Source: an uncultured bacterium (GTDB lineage: Bacteria; Planctomycetota; UBA1135; GCA-002686595). From it: a stretch of 64,000 nt of DNA. The notes under the pieces are model-generated. The model made no database searches and was not told where the DNA came from. It saw nothing but the letters and a program-made list of their open reading frames with translations. Positions within the stretch are counted from its first letter, which is position 1. Every line of letters begins with the position of its first letter. Positions 36,953-46,500 of the stretch are shown in pieces. The stretch is from the NCBI GenBank assembly GCA_943787795.1, contig CALSNU010000002.1, positions 758,158-822,157 of the forward strand, given 5' to 3'. The position numbers were made by a program, and so were the translations under genes.

Positions 36953-38472
36953 CGACGCGCCTCTCTGCCAGGGGCGTGGTCCGCCGCTTCCCCGGGGTGC
37001 TCGCCCTCGGTGGCGTCGACCTCGACGCCGGGCCGGGCGAGGTGGTGGCGCTCGTGGGAGAGAACGGGGCGGGGAAGAGCACCCTGCTCAAGTGCCTGGC
37101 CGGGCTGGAGCGGCCGGACGGAGGGTCGATGACGTACGAGGGCGGCGTCTGGGCGCCGCGCTCCACGGCCGAGGCCGCCAGCGGCGGCGTGGCCCTGGTA
37201 CATCAGGAGCTCTGCCTCGCGGAGAACCTCTCCGCAGCGGAGAACATCGGTCTCGGCCGTGAGCCGCGCCGCGGGTGGATGCCGCTCGTGGATCGCCAGG
37301 CGCTGCGGGAGCGCGCGGCCCACGCCCTCGAGCGAGTCGGCGCGACCTTCGGCCCGGACGTGAAGGTGGAGCGCCTCGCGGCGGGCCAGCGGCAGCTGGT
37401 GGAGATCGCCAAGGGGATCGACCAGGACGCGCGCGTGTTGATCCTCGACGAGCCGACCTCCAGCCTGACCTCGAAGGAGACTGCGCGACTGTTCGAGCTG
37501 GTCCACCAGCTCAGGGCGGACGACATCACGGTGCTCTACGTCTCCCATCGGCTGACCGAGATCCTGGAGCTGGCGGATCGTGCCTTCGTGCTGCGGGACG
37601 GCCAGAACGCGGGGCACCTCACCCGGGACGAGCTGACCCGCGAGGCCATGGTCCGGATGATGGTCGGGCGAGACCTCGCGCCGCCCGCGGCGCGCCCCGA
37701 GGCCGGCCGGGCCTCCAGCGCGCCCGTCCTCGAGCTCCGCGAGCTGGTGACCGACGCCTTCCCTGCCGCCGCGGTCGACCTCACCGTCCGCCCCGGCGAG
37801 CTGGTGGGGCTCGCGGGGCTGGTGGGCGCCGGCCGCACCGAGCTGCTGGAGACCGTGTTTGGCCTGCGGGCGTCCGTCTCCGGGGAGGTCCGGGTCAGCG
37901 GCCAGCCCGAGCGCTTCAGGGGGCCCCGCGACGCCGCGGCGGCGGGCCTCGCGCTCGTCCCCGAGGATCGCAAGCTTCAGGGCCTGCTGCTCGAGGAGGG
38001 GGTGCGGGTGAATACCGCCCTCGCGACCCTCGATCGCCGCCGCCGCCGGGGGCTGGTGGACGGGGCTGCCGAGCGCGCGGTGGCCGCGGCGCAGGTGGAG
38101 CGGCTGGGTGTTCGGACGGCCGGGATCGAGCAGGTGGTGCAGACCCTCTCGGGGGGCAACCAGCAGAAGGTGGTCGTGGGCCGCTGGCTCGCAGCCGAGC
38201 CCTCGATCCTGCTCATGGATGAGCCGACCCGCGGCGTGGATGTGGGCGCCCGCGAGGAGCTCTATCTGCTCCTCGAGCGCCTCGCGGCCGACGGCTTGGC
38301 GGTGCTCTTCGCGTCGAGTGATATGGAGGAGCTCCTGCGCCTCGCCGATCGCGTGGTCGTGCTGCACGACGGGCAGGTCACTGGAACACTGGATCGAAGC
38401 GTGGCCACCGAGGAGGCGGTCATGGAGCTCGCCACCGGCGGCTCACGGGGATACGGAGTGACGACGACATGA
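36949..38472 (+). CDS. Sugar ABC transporter ATP-binding protein (RbsA/MglA type)
   Basis: GENGAGKST, ILDEPT, PEDRK, LSGGNQQK, DEPTRGVDVGA. Confidence 0.96.
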   Translation: MTTRLSARGVVRRFPGVLALGGVDLDAGPGEVVALVGENGAGKSTLLKCLAGLERPDGGSMTYEGGVWAPRSTAEAASGGVALVHQELCLAENLSAAENIGLGREPRRGWMPLVDRQALRERAAHALERVGATFGPDVKVERLAAGQRQLVEIAKGIDQDARVLILDEPTSSLTSKETARLFELVHQLRADDITVLYVSHRLTEILELADRAFVLRDGQNAGHLTRDELTREAMVRMMVGRDLAPPAARPEAGRASSAPVLELRELVTDAFPAAAVDLTVRPGELVGLAGLVGAGRTELLETVFGLRASVSGEVRVSGQPERFRGPRDAAAAGLALVPEDRKLQGLLLEEGVRVNTALATLDRRRRRGLVDGAAERAVAAAQVERLGVRTAGIEQVVQTLSGGNQQKVVVGRWLAAEPSILLMDEPTRGVDVGAREELYLLLERLAADGLAVLFASSDMEELLRLADRVVVLHDGQVTGTLDRSVATEEAVMELATGGSRGYGVTTT

Positions 38473-39521
38473 CGGATTCAACCGGCGCCCGCGAGGTGCA
38501 AGTGGACGGGAGCTCGCGGCTGGCGGGTTGGGGCAAGGTGCTCGGGATCTTCGGGCTCCTGGTGGCGATTGTCGTCACGACCGGCGCCATGAACCCGCGC
38601 TTCTTCGGGGCCGAGAACCTCGAGAACGTCCTCCAGCGCACCGCGCTCTTCGGGATCATCGGCATCGGCGCGGCGTTCCCGATTGTCACGGCGGGGATCG
38701 ACCTCTCCATCGGCTCGGTCATTGCACTGGTGGCGACGTCGCTGCCGCTGCTGCTGGACGCGGGCGTCCCGGCGGGGGCGGCGGTGGTGGCCGTGCTCCT
38801 CCTCGCGGCGGGGCTGGGGGTCATTCACGGCCTCCTCATCACGCGCATGGGCCTCCAGCCCTTCGTGGTCACCCTCTGCGGCTTGCTGGTCTACCGCGGC
38901 GTGGCGCGGTACATCGTCGACGACCAGACCATGGGGTTTGGCTCCGACCATGACGGGCTCCGCTCGCTGGCGACCGGTCGCCCCTTCTCCATCGGCGCCC
39001 TCGACGTCCCGGCGCCGGCGCTGGTGCTGGTGGCCGTGGCGGTCCTCGCGGCAGTCTTCCTCGGGCGCAGCGTCTGGGGCCGCTGGATGCTGGCGCTGGG
39101 CCGGAACGCCACCGCTGCCCGCTACGCCGGCGTCCCCGTGGAGCGGGTCACCATCCTCGCCTACGTCATCTGCTCGCTGCTGGCCGGAGTGGGGGGCGTG
39201 CTGTTCGCCCTCGACGTGAACTCCGTTCAGCCAGCCAGCATGGGCAACTTCTACGAGCTCTACGCCATCGCAGCGGCCGTGCTGGGGGGGTGCAGCCTCC
39301 GAGGTGGAGAAGGGTCCATCCTCGGGGTGGTCCTCGGTGCGGCCGTGATGCGGTTGCTGTACAACTCGATCGTGCTGCTTGGCATCCCGAGCCAGCTTGA
39401 GTTCGCCATCGTCGGCGGGGTGCTCCTCCTGGGGGCGGTCGCGGATGAGGTGGTCCGGCGGCTCGCAGAGGCGCGCCGGGCGCGCGAGCGCGCCCGCGCG
39501 AGGACTGAAAGAACGACCTGA
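38469..39521 (+). CDS. Sugar ABC transporter permease (RbsC type)
   Basis: GIDLSIGS, PFVVTL, YELYAIAAAVLGG.SL.GG.G. Confidence 0.95.
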   Translation: MTDSTGAREVQVDGSSRLAGWGKVLGIFGLLVAIVVTTGAMNPRFFGAENLENVLQRTALFGIIGIGAAFPIVTAGIDLSIGSVIALVATSLPLLLDAGVPAGAAVVAVLLLAAGLGVIHGLLITRMGLQPFVVTLCGLLVYRGVARYIVDDQTMGFGSDHDGLRSLATGRPFSIGALDVPAPALVLVAVAVLAAVFLGRSVWGRWMLALGRNATAARYAGVPVERVTILAYVICSLLAGVGGVLFALDVNSVQPASMGNFYELYAIAAAVLGGCSLRGGEGSILGVVLGAAVMRLLYNSIVLLGIPSQLEFAIVGGVLLLGAVADEVVRRLAEARRARERARARTERTT

Positions 39522-40693
39522 TGGAAACCATGACTCGAACCGTGCTTCAAATCCCTCTCCTGCTGCTCCTCCTCGTGGCTCTGGTCGCATGCCGCGCGAC
39601 CGGGACCGGGGACCCCGCCGCCTCGCCGGTCGACGTCCGCCCCTTCGGTGCGACGGCCGACGGCACCGAGGCGAACCTCTTTGTGCTGCGCAATGGCCGC
39701 GGGACCGAGGCGCACCTCACGGACTTCGGGGCGACGCTCGTGGCCATGAACGTCGCCGACCGTGACGGGGAGCGAGCTGATGTGGTGCTCGGGTTCGACG
39801 ACGTCTCTGGCTACGAGAGTGACGCCAACCAGTACTTCGGGTCCACCGTGGGGCGCGTGGCGAACCGGGTCGCCGGCGGCCGGTTCACGCTCGAGGGCCG
39901 CACGTACCAGCTGGCCACGAACAACGACCCCAACCACCTCCACGGCGGAGACCGGGGGTACAGCCACCTCATGTGGCGCGCCGAGCCGCACCCTGGACTC
40001 GCCTCGGTGACCTTCAGGCTCACCTCCGAGGACGGCGACGAGGGCTACCCAGGGCGCGTGGATGCGACGGTGACCTATACCCTGACCGAAGCCGACGAGC
40101 TCATCGTCGAGTATCGCGCCACCGCGGACCAGCCGACGCCGCTCAACCTCACGCACCACAGCTACTTCAACCTCGCGGGGGCGGGCAGCGCGTCGGTCCT
40201 GGGTCACGAGCTGCAGGTCAACGCGGACCGCTACACCCCCGCGGACGACACGCTGATCCCCACGGGCGCGGTCGAGTCGGTGGCGGGCACGCCCCTGGAC
40301 TTCCGGACCCCCGAGCTCATCGGCGCGCGGATCGAGGAGCTGAGTGACACCTCGGCCCTGGGCTACGACCACAACTACGCGGTGCGCTCCAGCGCGCTCG
40401 AGGGCGGCCCGGAGGAGGTCATGGCTGCCGGGCCGGTGGCGGTGCTCTCCGACCCCGCTAGCGGGCGGACCCTGGAGCTCTTCACCGACCAGCCAGGCCT
40501 GCAGTTTTACTCGGGCAACTTTCTGAATGGCGCCACCGGCAAGGGCGGCGAGGTCTACGCGCATCGCTCGGGCTGCTGCCTGGAGACCCAGGGGTACCCC
40601 AACGCCATCAACGAGCCGGGCTTCCCCTCGGTGCTCCTCATGCCCGGCGAGGAATACCGCCAGTTCACCGTCCACCGCTTCCTCGCCAACTGA
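39521..40693 (+). CDS. galM: Aldose 1-epimerase (galactose mutarotase) with lipoprotein-like signal
   Basis: GRVANR, HLHGG, GYPG, NLTHHSYFNL, GYDHN, QFYSGN, CLETQ; LVAC lipobox. Confidence 0.92.
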   Translation: METMTRTVLQIPLLLLLLVALVACRATGTGDPAASPVDVRPFGATADGTEANLFVLRNGRGTEAHLTDFGATLVAMNVADRDGERADVVLGFDDVSGYESDANQYFGSTVGRVANRVAGGRFTLEGRTYQLATNNDPNHLHGGDRGYSHLMWRAEPHPGLASVTFRLTSEDGDEGYPGRVDATVTYTLTEADELIVEYRATADQPTPLNLTHHSYFNLAGAGSASVLGHELQVNADRYTPADDTLIPTGAVESVAGTPLDFRTPELIGARIEELSDTSALGYDHNYAVRSSALEGGPEEVMAAGPVAVLSDPASGRTLELFTDQPGLQFYSGNFLNGATGKGGEVYAHRSGCCLETQGYPNAINEPGFPSVLLMPGEEYRQFTVHRFLAN

Positions 40694-40713
40694 CCGCACC
40701 CAAGGACTCGCTC

Positions 40714-41466
40714 ATGTTTGACCTCAAAGGACGTGTCGCCCTCGTGACGGGCTCCACAACCGGCCTCGGCAAGGCCATGGCCTTCCACCTCGGACGGGCG
40801 GGCGCCAAGGTGGCCATCAACTTCGCGAACAACGAGCTCCGGGCGGCCAAGACGCTCGAGGAGTTCCGCGAGGAGGGGCTGGAGGGCGCGCTCTTCAAGG
40901 CGAGTGTGGTCGACGCCGAGAGCGTCGACGGGATGGTCAAGGACATCGAGGCGGAGCTGGGACCCGTGGACATCGTGGTGTTCAACGCCACCCCGGACCA
41001 GCCGCAGATGCCCATCGAGGACTACGACTGGGCCTTCCATCAGTCGATGCTCGACTTCTTCGTCAAGAGCCCCTACCTGGTGACTCGCGCCGTCCTGCCG
41101 GGCATGAAGGCGCGCGGGCACGGGCGCATCATCAACATCGGCTCCGAGGTCTTTGACCGCGGTGTGCCGAACTTCAGCCCGTACGTGGCGGCCAAGGGGG
41201 CGCAGCGGGGTTGGACCCGCTCCATGTCCCAGGAGCTCGCGCCCTTTGGGATCACCGTCAACATGGTCTCACCGGGGTGGGTCCCCGTGGAGCGCCACGA
41301 GAACGACCCACAGGAGATGAAGGACGGCTATCGAGCCCTCATCCCCATGAATCGCTGGGGCAAGCCGGAGGACATCGCCGGCGCGGCCGTCTACTTCGCG
41401 AGCGATGAGGCCGGGTTCGTCACCGGTCAGACCCTGGTGGTCAACGGTGGGATGACGGTCAGCTGA
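40714..41466 (+). CDS. SDR family NAD(P)-dependent oxidoreductase
   Basis: TGSTTGLG, IINIGS, YVAAK, VNMVSPGW, FVTGQTLVVNGG. Confidence 0.93.
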   Translation: MFDLKGRVALVTGSTTGLGKAMAFHLGRAGAKVAINFANNELRAAKTLEEFREEGLEGALFKASVVDAESVDGMVKDIEAELGPVDIVVFNATPDQPQMPIEDYDWAFHQSMLDFFVKSPYLVTRAVLPGMKARGHGRIINIGSEVFDRGVPNFSPYVAAKGAQRGWTRSMSQELAPFGITVNMVSPGWVPVERHENDPQEMKDGYRALIPMNRWGKPEDIAGAAVYFASDEAGFVTGQTLVVNGGMTVS

Positions 41467-41496
41467 TCCGCCTTTGGCCTGCGGGTCCCTCTCCTG

Positions 41497-43476
41497 ATGC
41501 CTCATACGTTCCTCACGGACATCGTGCTGCTCCTCGCAGCGTCGATCCCGATCGTCATCCTGCTCCGGCGCGTTCAGCTGCCGACGGTAGCTGGATTTGT
41601 CGTGGCGGGCGCCCTGTTTGGGCCGCATGCCCTGAGCTGGATCCGCTCGGTCGAGGAGGTGGAGGCGTTGGCCGAGATCGGGGTCGCGCTGCTGCTCTTC
41701 ACCGTCGGGCTGGAGTTCTCGCTCCCCAGGCTCTTGCTCCTCAAGCGGGCTCTCCTGGTCGGCGGCTTCGGTCAGGTCTTGCTGACCCTCCTGGTCGTCG
41801 GGCTGGGCGGGGTCGCCCTCGGTCGCGACGTGTCTGGCTCGGTGCTCTTCGCCTTCCTTGTCGTCCTCTCCAGCACGGCGGTGGTGCTGAAGACGCTGAC
41901 CGACGAGCGCCAGGTGGACACGCCCCACGGCCAGCTCGCCGTGGCGATCCTGCTCTTCCAGGACCTCGCGATCATCCCCTTGCTCCTCTTCGTTCCCCTG
42001 CTCGGCGGCGGCGGCGGAGGCGACCTCTCGGAGTTCGGGGTCGCGGGGGCCAAGGCCGTGATGGCGGTCGGCATCGTCCTCCTGGCCGCGCGCTACGGCT
42101 TCTCGCGCATGGCCCCGGTGGTCGTGCGGGCCGGCGGTCGCGAGCTCTTCACGCTCTTCACTGTGCTGGTGGCCCTGGGGGCCGCGTGGCTCACCGAGAG
42201 CCTCGACCTGCCCCTGGCCTTGGGGGCCTTCATCGCCGGCCTGGTCGTCTCTGAGTCGGAGTACAACCACCAAGTCGTCGACGAGATCCTGCCCTTCCGG
42301 GACGTGTTCAGCGCGCTCTTCTTCGTCTCCATCGGGATGCTCTTCGACGCCTCGATCGTCATCGAGGAGCCGGTGGAGACCCTCTCGCTGTTCCTCGCCG
42401 TCGCTGCGACGAAGGCGGCGGTGGTCTTCGGAGTCGGCTTCTATCTGACCCGCTCGCGGCGCACCGCGATGATCGTCGCGGCGGCCCTCTTCCAGGTCGG
42501 GGAGTTCGCCTTCGTCGTGGCGAGTCAGGCGAGGGAGCTCGGGGTGCTGGGCGGGGCAGACGAGCAGCGCTTCCTGGCCGTGGCCGTCCTCTCCATGGTC
42601 GTCACCCCGGTGGTGATGCGCCTCGCCTGGAGGCGCGGTGCGGCGGGCCGGCCCTCGACCGCCATGGGGGGCGCCCAGGGGGGGCTCGAGGACGCGCCGA
42701 AGGTCCTGATCGCGGGTTATGGGCTCACGGGAGAGCACCTCGCGCGGGTGCTCGCCGCCACCGGGATCGACCATCGCGTGCTCGACACCGACCCCCACCG
42801 GGTCAAGCGCGAGCGCGCCGCGGGGGTGCCGATTGTGCTGGCGGACGCGAGCCGCGCCGATGCCCTGGCCCAGGCGGGGATCGCCGGGACCAAGGTCTTC
42901 GTGGTGGCCATCAACGACGCCGGGGCGACCCGGCGGGCGGTGGCGCTCGCGCGACAGCTCTCGCCGTCCGTCCAGGTCATCGTCCGGACCCGCTTCCTCA
43001 GCGATACGGAGGAGCTCCTGCGCCTCGGCGCGAACCAGGTGGTCCCCGAGGAGTTCGAGACGTCGGTGGAGATCTTCGGCCGCGTCCTGCGAGAGCTCCA
43101 CGTCCCACGTGGGACGATCGCGGTGCAGACCGAGCTCGTTCGTCGAGAGGGCTACCAGCTGCTGCGTGGGCCGGTGGCCGAGGAGCGTCACCTGGCGGTG
43201 GTGGGGGAGATCCTCGCGAGCACGGCCGTGGACACGCTCTTCGTCGGCGCGGACTGCGCGGGCTGCGGCCGGTCCCTGGGGGAGATGGGGTTCCGGGTCC
43301 GGACCGGCGCGACGGTGCTCTCGGTCGTCCGCGGCGGCGACGAAATCCACGGGCCCGGCGCCGAGCTCGTGCTGGAGCCGGGGGACCTCCTGGTCGTCCG
43401 CGGGGAGCACCGCGAGCTGGACCTCGCCCGGGACCTGATCGCGGGGACGCTCGACGTCGAGGAAGCAGACCGCTGA
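41497..43476 (+). CDS. Kef-type (CPA2) cation:proton antiporter with TrkA-N and TrkA-C domains
   Basis: LAEIGVALLLFTVGLE, LSSTA, FQDL, LGAFIAG, PFRD, QVGEF; AGYG RCK domain; GANQVVPEEFE. Confidence 0.93.
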   Translation: MPHTFLTDIVLLLAASIPIVILLRRVQLPTVAGFVVAGALFGPHALSWIRSVEEVEALAEIGVALLLFTVGLEFSLPRLLLLKRALLVGGFGQVLLTLLVVGLGGVALGRDVSGSVLFAFLVVLSSTAVVLKTLTDERQVDTPHGQLAVAILLFQDLAIIPLLLFVPLLGGGGGGDLSEFGVAGAKAVMAVGIVLLAARYGFSRMAPVVVRAGGRELFTLFTVLVALGAAWLTESLDLPLALGAFIAGLVVSESEYNHQVVDEILPFRDVFSALFFVSIGMLFDASIVIEEPVETLSLFLAVAATKAAVVFGVGFYLTRSRRTAMIVAAALFQVGEFAFVVASQARELGVLGGADEQRFLAVAVLSMVVTPVVMRLAWRRGAAGRPSTAMGGAQGGLEDAPKVLIAGYGLTGEHLARVLAATGIDHRVLDTDPHRVKRERAAGVPIVLADASRADALAQAGIAGTKVFVVAINDAGATRRAVALARQLSPSVQVIVRTRFLSDTEELLRLGANQVVPEEFETSVEIFGRVLRELHVPRGTIAVQTELVRREGYQLLRGPVAEERHLAVVGEILASTAVDTLFVGADCAGCGRSLGEMGFRVRTGATVLSVVRGGDEIHGPGAELVLEPGDLLVVRGEHRELDLARDLIAGTLDVEEADR

Positions 43477-43548
43477 GGGGCCGACCGGGCAGCGCGGTCC
43501 CTGCTAGAGTCTCGACTCGGCGTGGCGCCTTCGAGCCAGCCGCCAGCG

Positions 43549-46500
43549 ATGGACCCTCACCCCGATCAGCCCGCCGCGAGACCAGGCATCGCCGCTCCGA
43601 CCCCGGTCGGCGGAGACCCGTCGAGAGAGGCCGCGGAGGTGGAGTCCGCCGCAGTAAAGGCCGCGGCAGCGGAATCGGCGGCAGTGGAATCGGCGGCAGC
43701 GGAATCCGCGGCGGCGGAGCGCGAGCGCGTCATGGGCCTGTTCCAGGTGTTGCGGGACTCGATCCAGATCGCCCTGGAGTCGGGCGTGCCCGAGACCGCA
43801 TCCGCCCGGTACGACCTGGCCCGGTCCAGCCACGCGGAGTTGCTCGAGGTGGGCCTCCCGCCGGAGATCGAGGCGCAGCTGAAGGCCTTCATGGTCGACC
43901 TCGAGGCGCGCTTCCCCACCGCGTGGCGCATCAACGCCGCCGCGAGCCTGATCGAGCGCGCGAGCGCGGCGCGGCGGGCGGGGGTGCAGCGGGCGCGCCT
44001 CGAGGAGGCCCGCACCCTGCTGGTCGATGCCCAGGGCGTCGAGGGAGTGGACCAGGACGTCATCGGGCGGCACCTCCGCGCGCTCGAGGAAGACCTTGGG
44101 CGCCTCGACGCGGATGACGGCGGCGTGATCGAGCTCGCGACTCCCGAGTCGCGGGAGGGCACCTCGCAGGCAGCGGCCCAGGCGGGGACAGCCCCCGGGG
44201 AAGCAGCCCTCGGGGACGACTTGGAGGCCGCGCTCCGTGGGGCGGCGGAGGAGCGCGAGGAGACGGGCGCCGCGCCGCGGGTGGAGATCTGCCTCGAGCT
44301 GCTCCCGCGGGTCCACCTGGCGATGCTCCGCGGCCATCGGGCGCCCGTACACGCGCTGAAGGTCCGCAACGTGTCCGCCACGGGCCTCCCCGCCTCCAGG
44401 GTGATGCTGACCGCGACGCCGGCGTTCTTCCCGGACGCGGTCATCGAGCTCCCGCCGCTCGCGCCGGGAGGGGAGCTGGAGCTCGGCGCCGACCAGCTGG
44501 AAGGTCCCCTGCGCTACGACCCGGCGCTCCTGGCCCGGCTGACCGAGCGCGCAGAGGGCTCGGTCGTCGCGCGCGCCCTGTCGGGCGAGGGGCACGAGCT
44601 CGGCTACGCGCGGGCCGCCTGGGAGCTTCACCCGGCGGACTCCTGGCCGGGCATCTCGGCCCTCCCGGAGGTGCTCGCGGCCTTCGTCCTGCCCAACGCG
44701 CCCTTCGTGACGTGGCTGCTGTCAGCGGCGGCCCAAAGGCTCGAGCGGGCGGGCCACGAGCCGGCGCTCAGCGGCTATCAGTCCCGCGATCCGATCCATG
44801 CGCTGCACATGGTCGAGGCCATCTACGGGGCCCTGCTGGACGCACAGATCAGCTACGCCAACCACCCGGCCAGCTTCGAGAGTGACGGGCAGCGCGTGCG
44901 CTTTCCCGCCGCCATCGAACAGGCGCGACTGGCCACCTGCCTGGACGTCTCGCTGCTGGCCGCAGCGGCCATGGAGCAGGTGGGCCTCCACCCCATCGTC
45001 ATCGTCATCCGCGGTCACGCCTTCGTGGGCGCCTGGCTGGTGGAGCGCACCTTCTCGAACCCCCTGGTGGAGGAGCCGCTGCGCCTCTCGAAGCGGGTCG
45101 AGCTGGCCGAGATCTGCGTCTTTGACCCCACGGGAGCCTGCCACCGGCCCTCCCCTGACTTCGCGGGTGCCCGCGAGGTGGCGGAGCGTGAGCTGCTGGA
45201 TCGGACGGCGTTCCGCTTCGCGGTGGACGTGGCGAGGGCCCGCCGCGGGGGCATGCTGCCGCTCCCCACCTTCGCCGCCGATGGCTCGGGAGCGCCCAGC
45301 GCTGGCGTCGCACCCAGCGCGGCCATGCCGACAGCCTCGGCCCGAGACCTGGAGGCTGACCTCAAGGCGTACCTGGAGGCGGACCGGCTGCGCCGAGAGG
45401 CGGAGGAGACACCTGAGACGCGGCTGGATCGCTGGCTCCGTCAGCTCCTCGACCTGACCATGCGGAACCGGCTCTTGAACTCCTCCAGCGGGAGCAAGCG
45501 GGTCATCCCGCTGCTCGGGAGCAAGCTCGACGCCGTGGAGGATCGCCTGGCGGCGGGCCGCACGTTCGCCGTCCTCGAGCGCCCGTCGGAGCTGCCTGGC
45601 AAGGGAGCGCCGGATGAGGAGGCCATCCGCGGCCTGGATGCCCTGCTGACAGCGGGCGTCGAGGAGGGGCAGCTCCGGTCCTCTCTGGACGCCGCGGAGC
45701 TTGAGGTCCGCCTGACGAACGTGTACAGGGAGGCCCGCACGGCGCGCGAGGAGGGCGGGGTCAACAGCCTCTACCTTGCGGTCGGCTTCCTCTCCTATCG
45801 AGAGACTCGCCAGGCCACCCGTGTGCGTCGCGCGCCGCTCCTGCTCGTCCCGCTCGAGATCAAGCGCAAGTCGGGGCGCGCCGGCTACTCGCTGGTGAAG
45901 GGAGGGGATGAGACACGCATCAACGTGACCCTGCTGGAGTACCTGCGCCGGGACCACGACGTGAACATCGCCGGCCTCGACCCGTTGCCCGAGGACGAGA
46001 ACGGCGTCGACGTCGCGCTCGTGCTCCGGCTCATCAAGGACGCCATCAAGGACGAGGACGGATGGGAGGTCACCGAGGAGGGCCAGGTGGGGCTCTACTC
46101 GTTCTCGAAGTACCTGCTCTGGCGCGACCTGCGGGATCGCTCCGATGTCCTGCGGGAGAACGCCCTGGTGGCACACCTCCTGGACCGGCCCCGCGAGCCG
46201 TTCGAGGAGGCGGGTGCTGCGCTCTCGCCGGGCGAGCTGGACGCGGAGATCGGAGCGGACGAGGTCTTCGCGCCGCTCTCCTACGACTCGACCCAGCTCA
46301 GCGCGATCCTCGCCGCGGCTCGTGGGCGGACGATGGTCCTCGAGGGCCCTCCGGGAACGGGCAAGTCGCAGACCATCACCAACCTGATCGCACACGTCAT
46401 CGCCCAGGGGCAGCGAGTCCTGTTCGTCTCGGAGAAGATGGCCGCGCTGGACGTGGTGCACCGACGGCTCCGCGGCCTGGGGCTCGGGCCCGCGTGCCTC

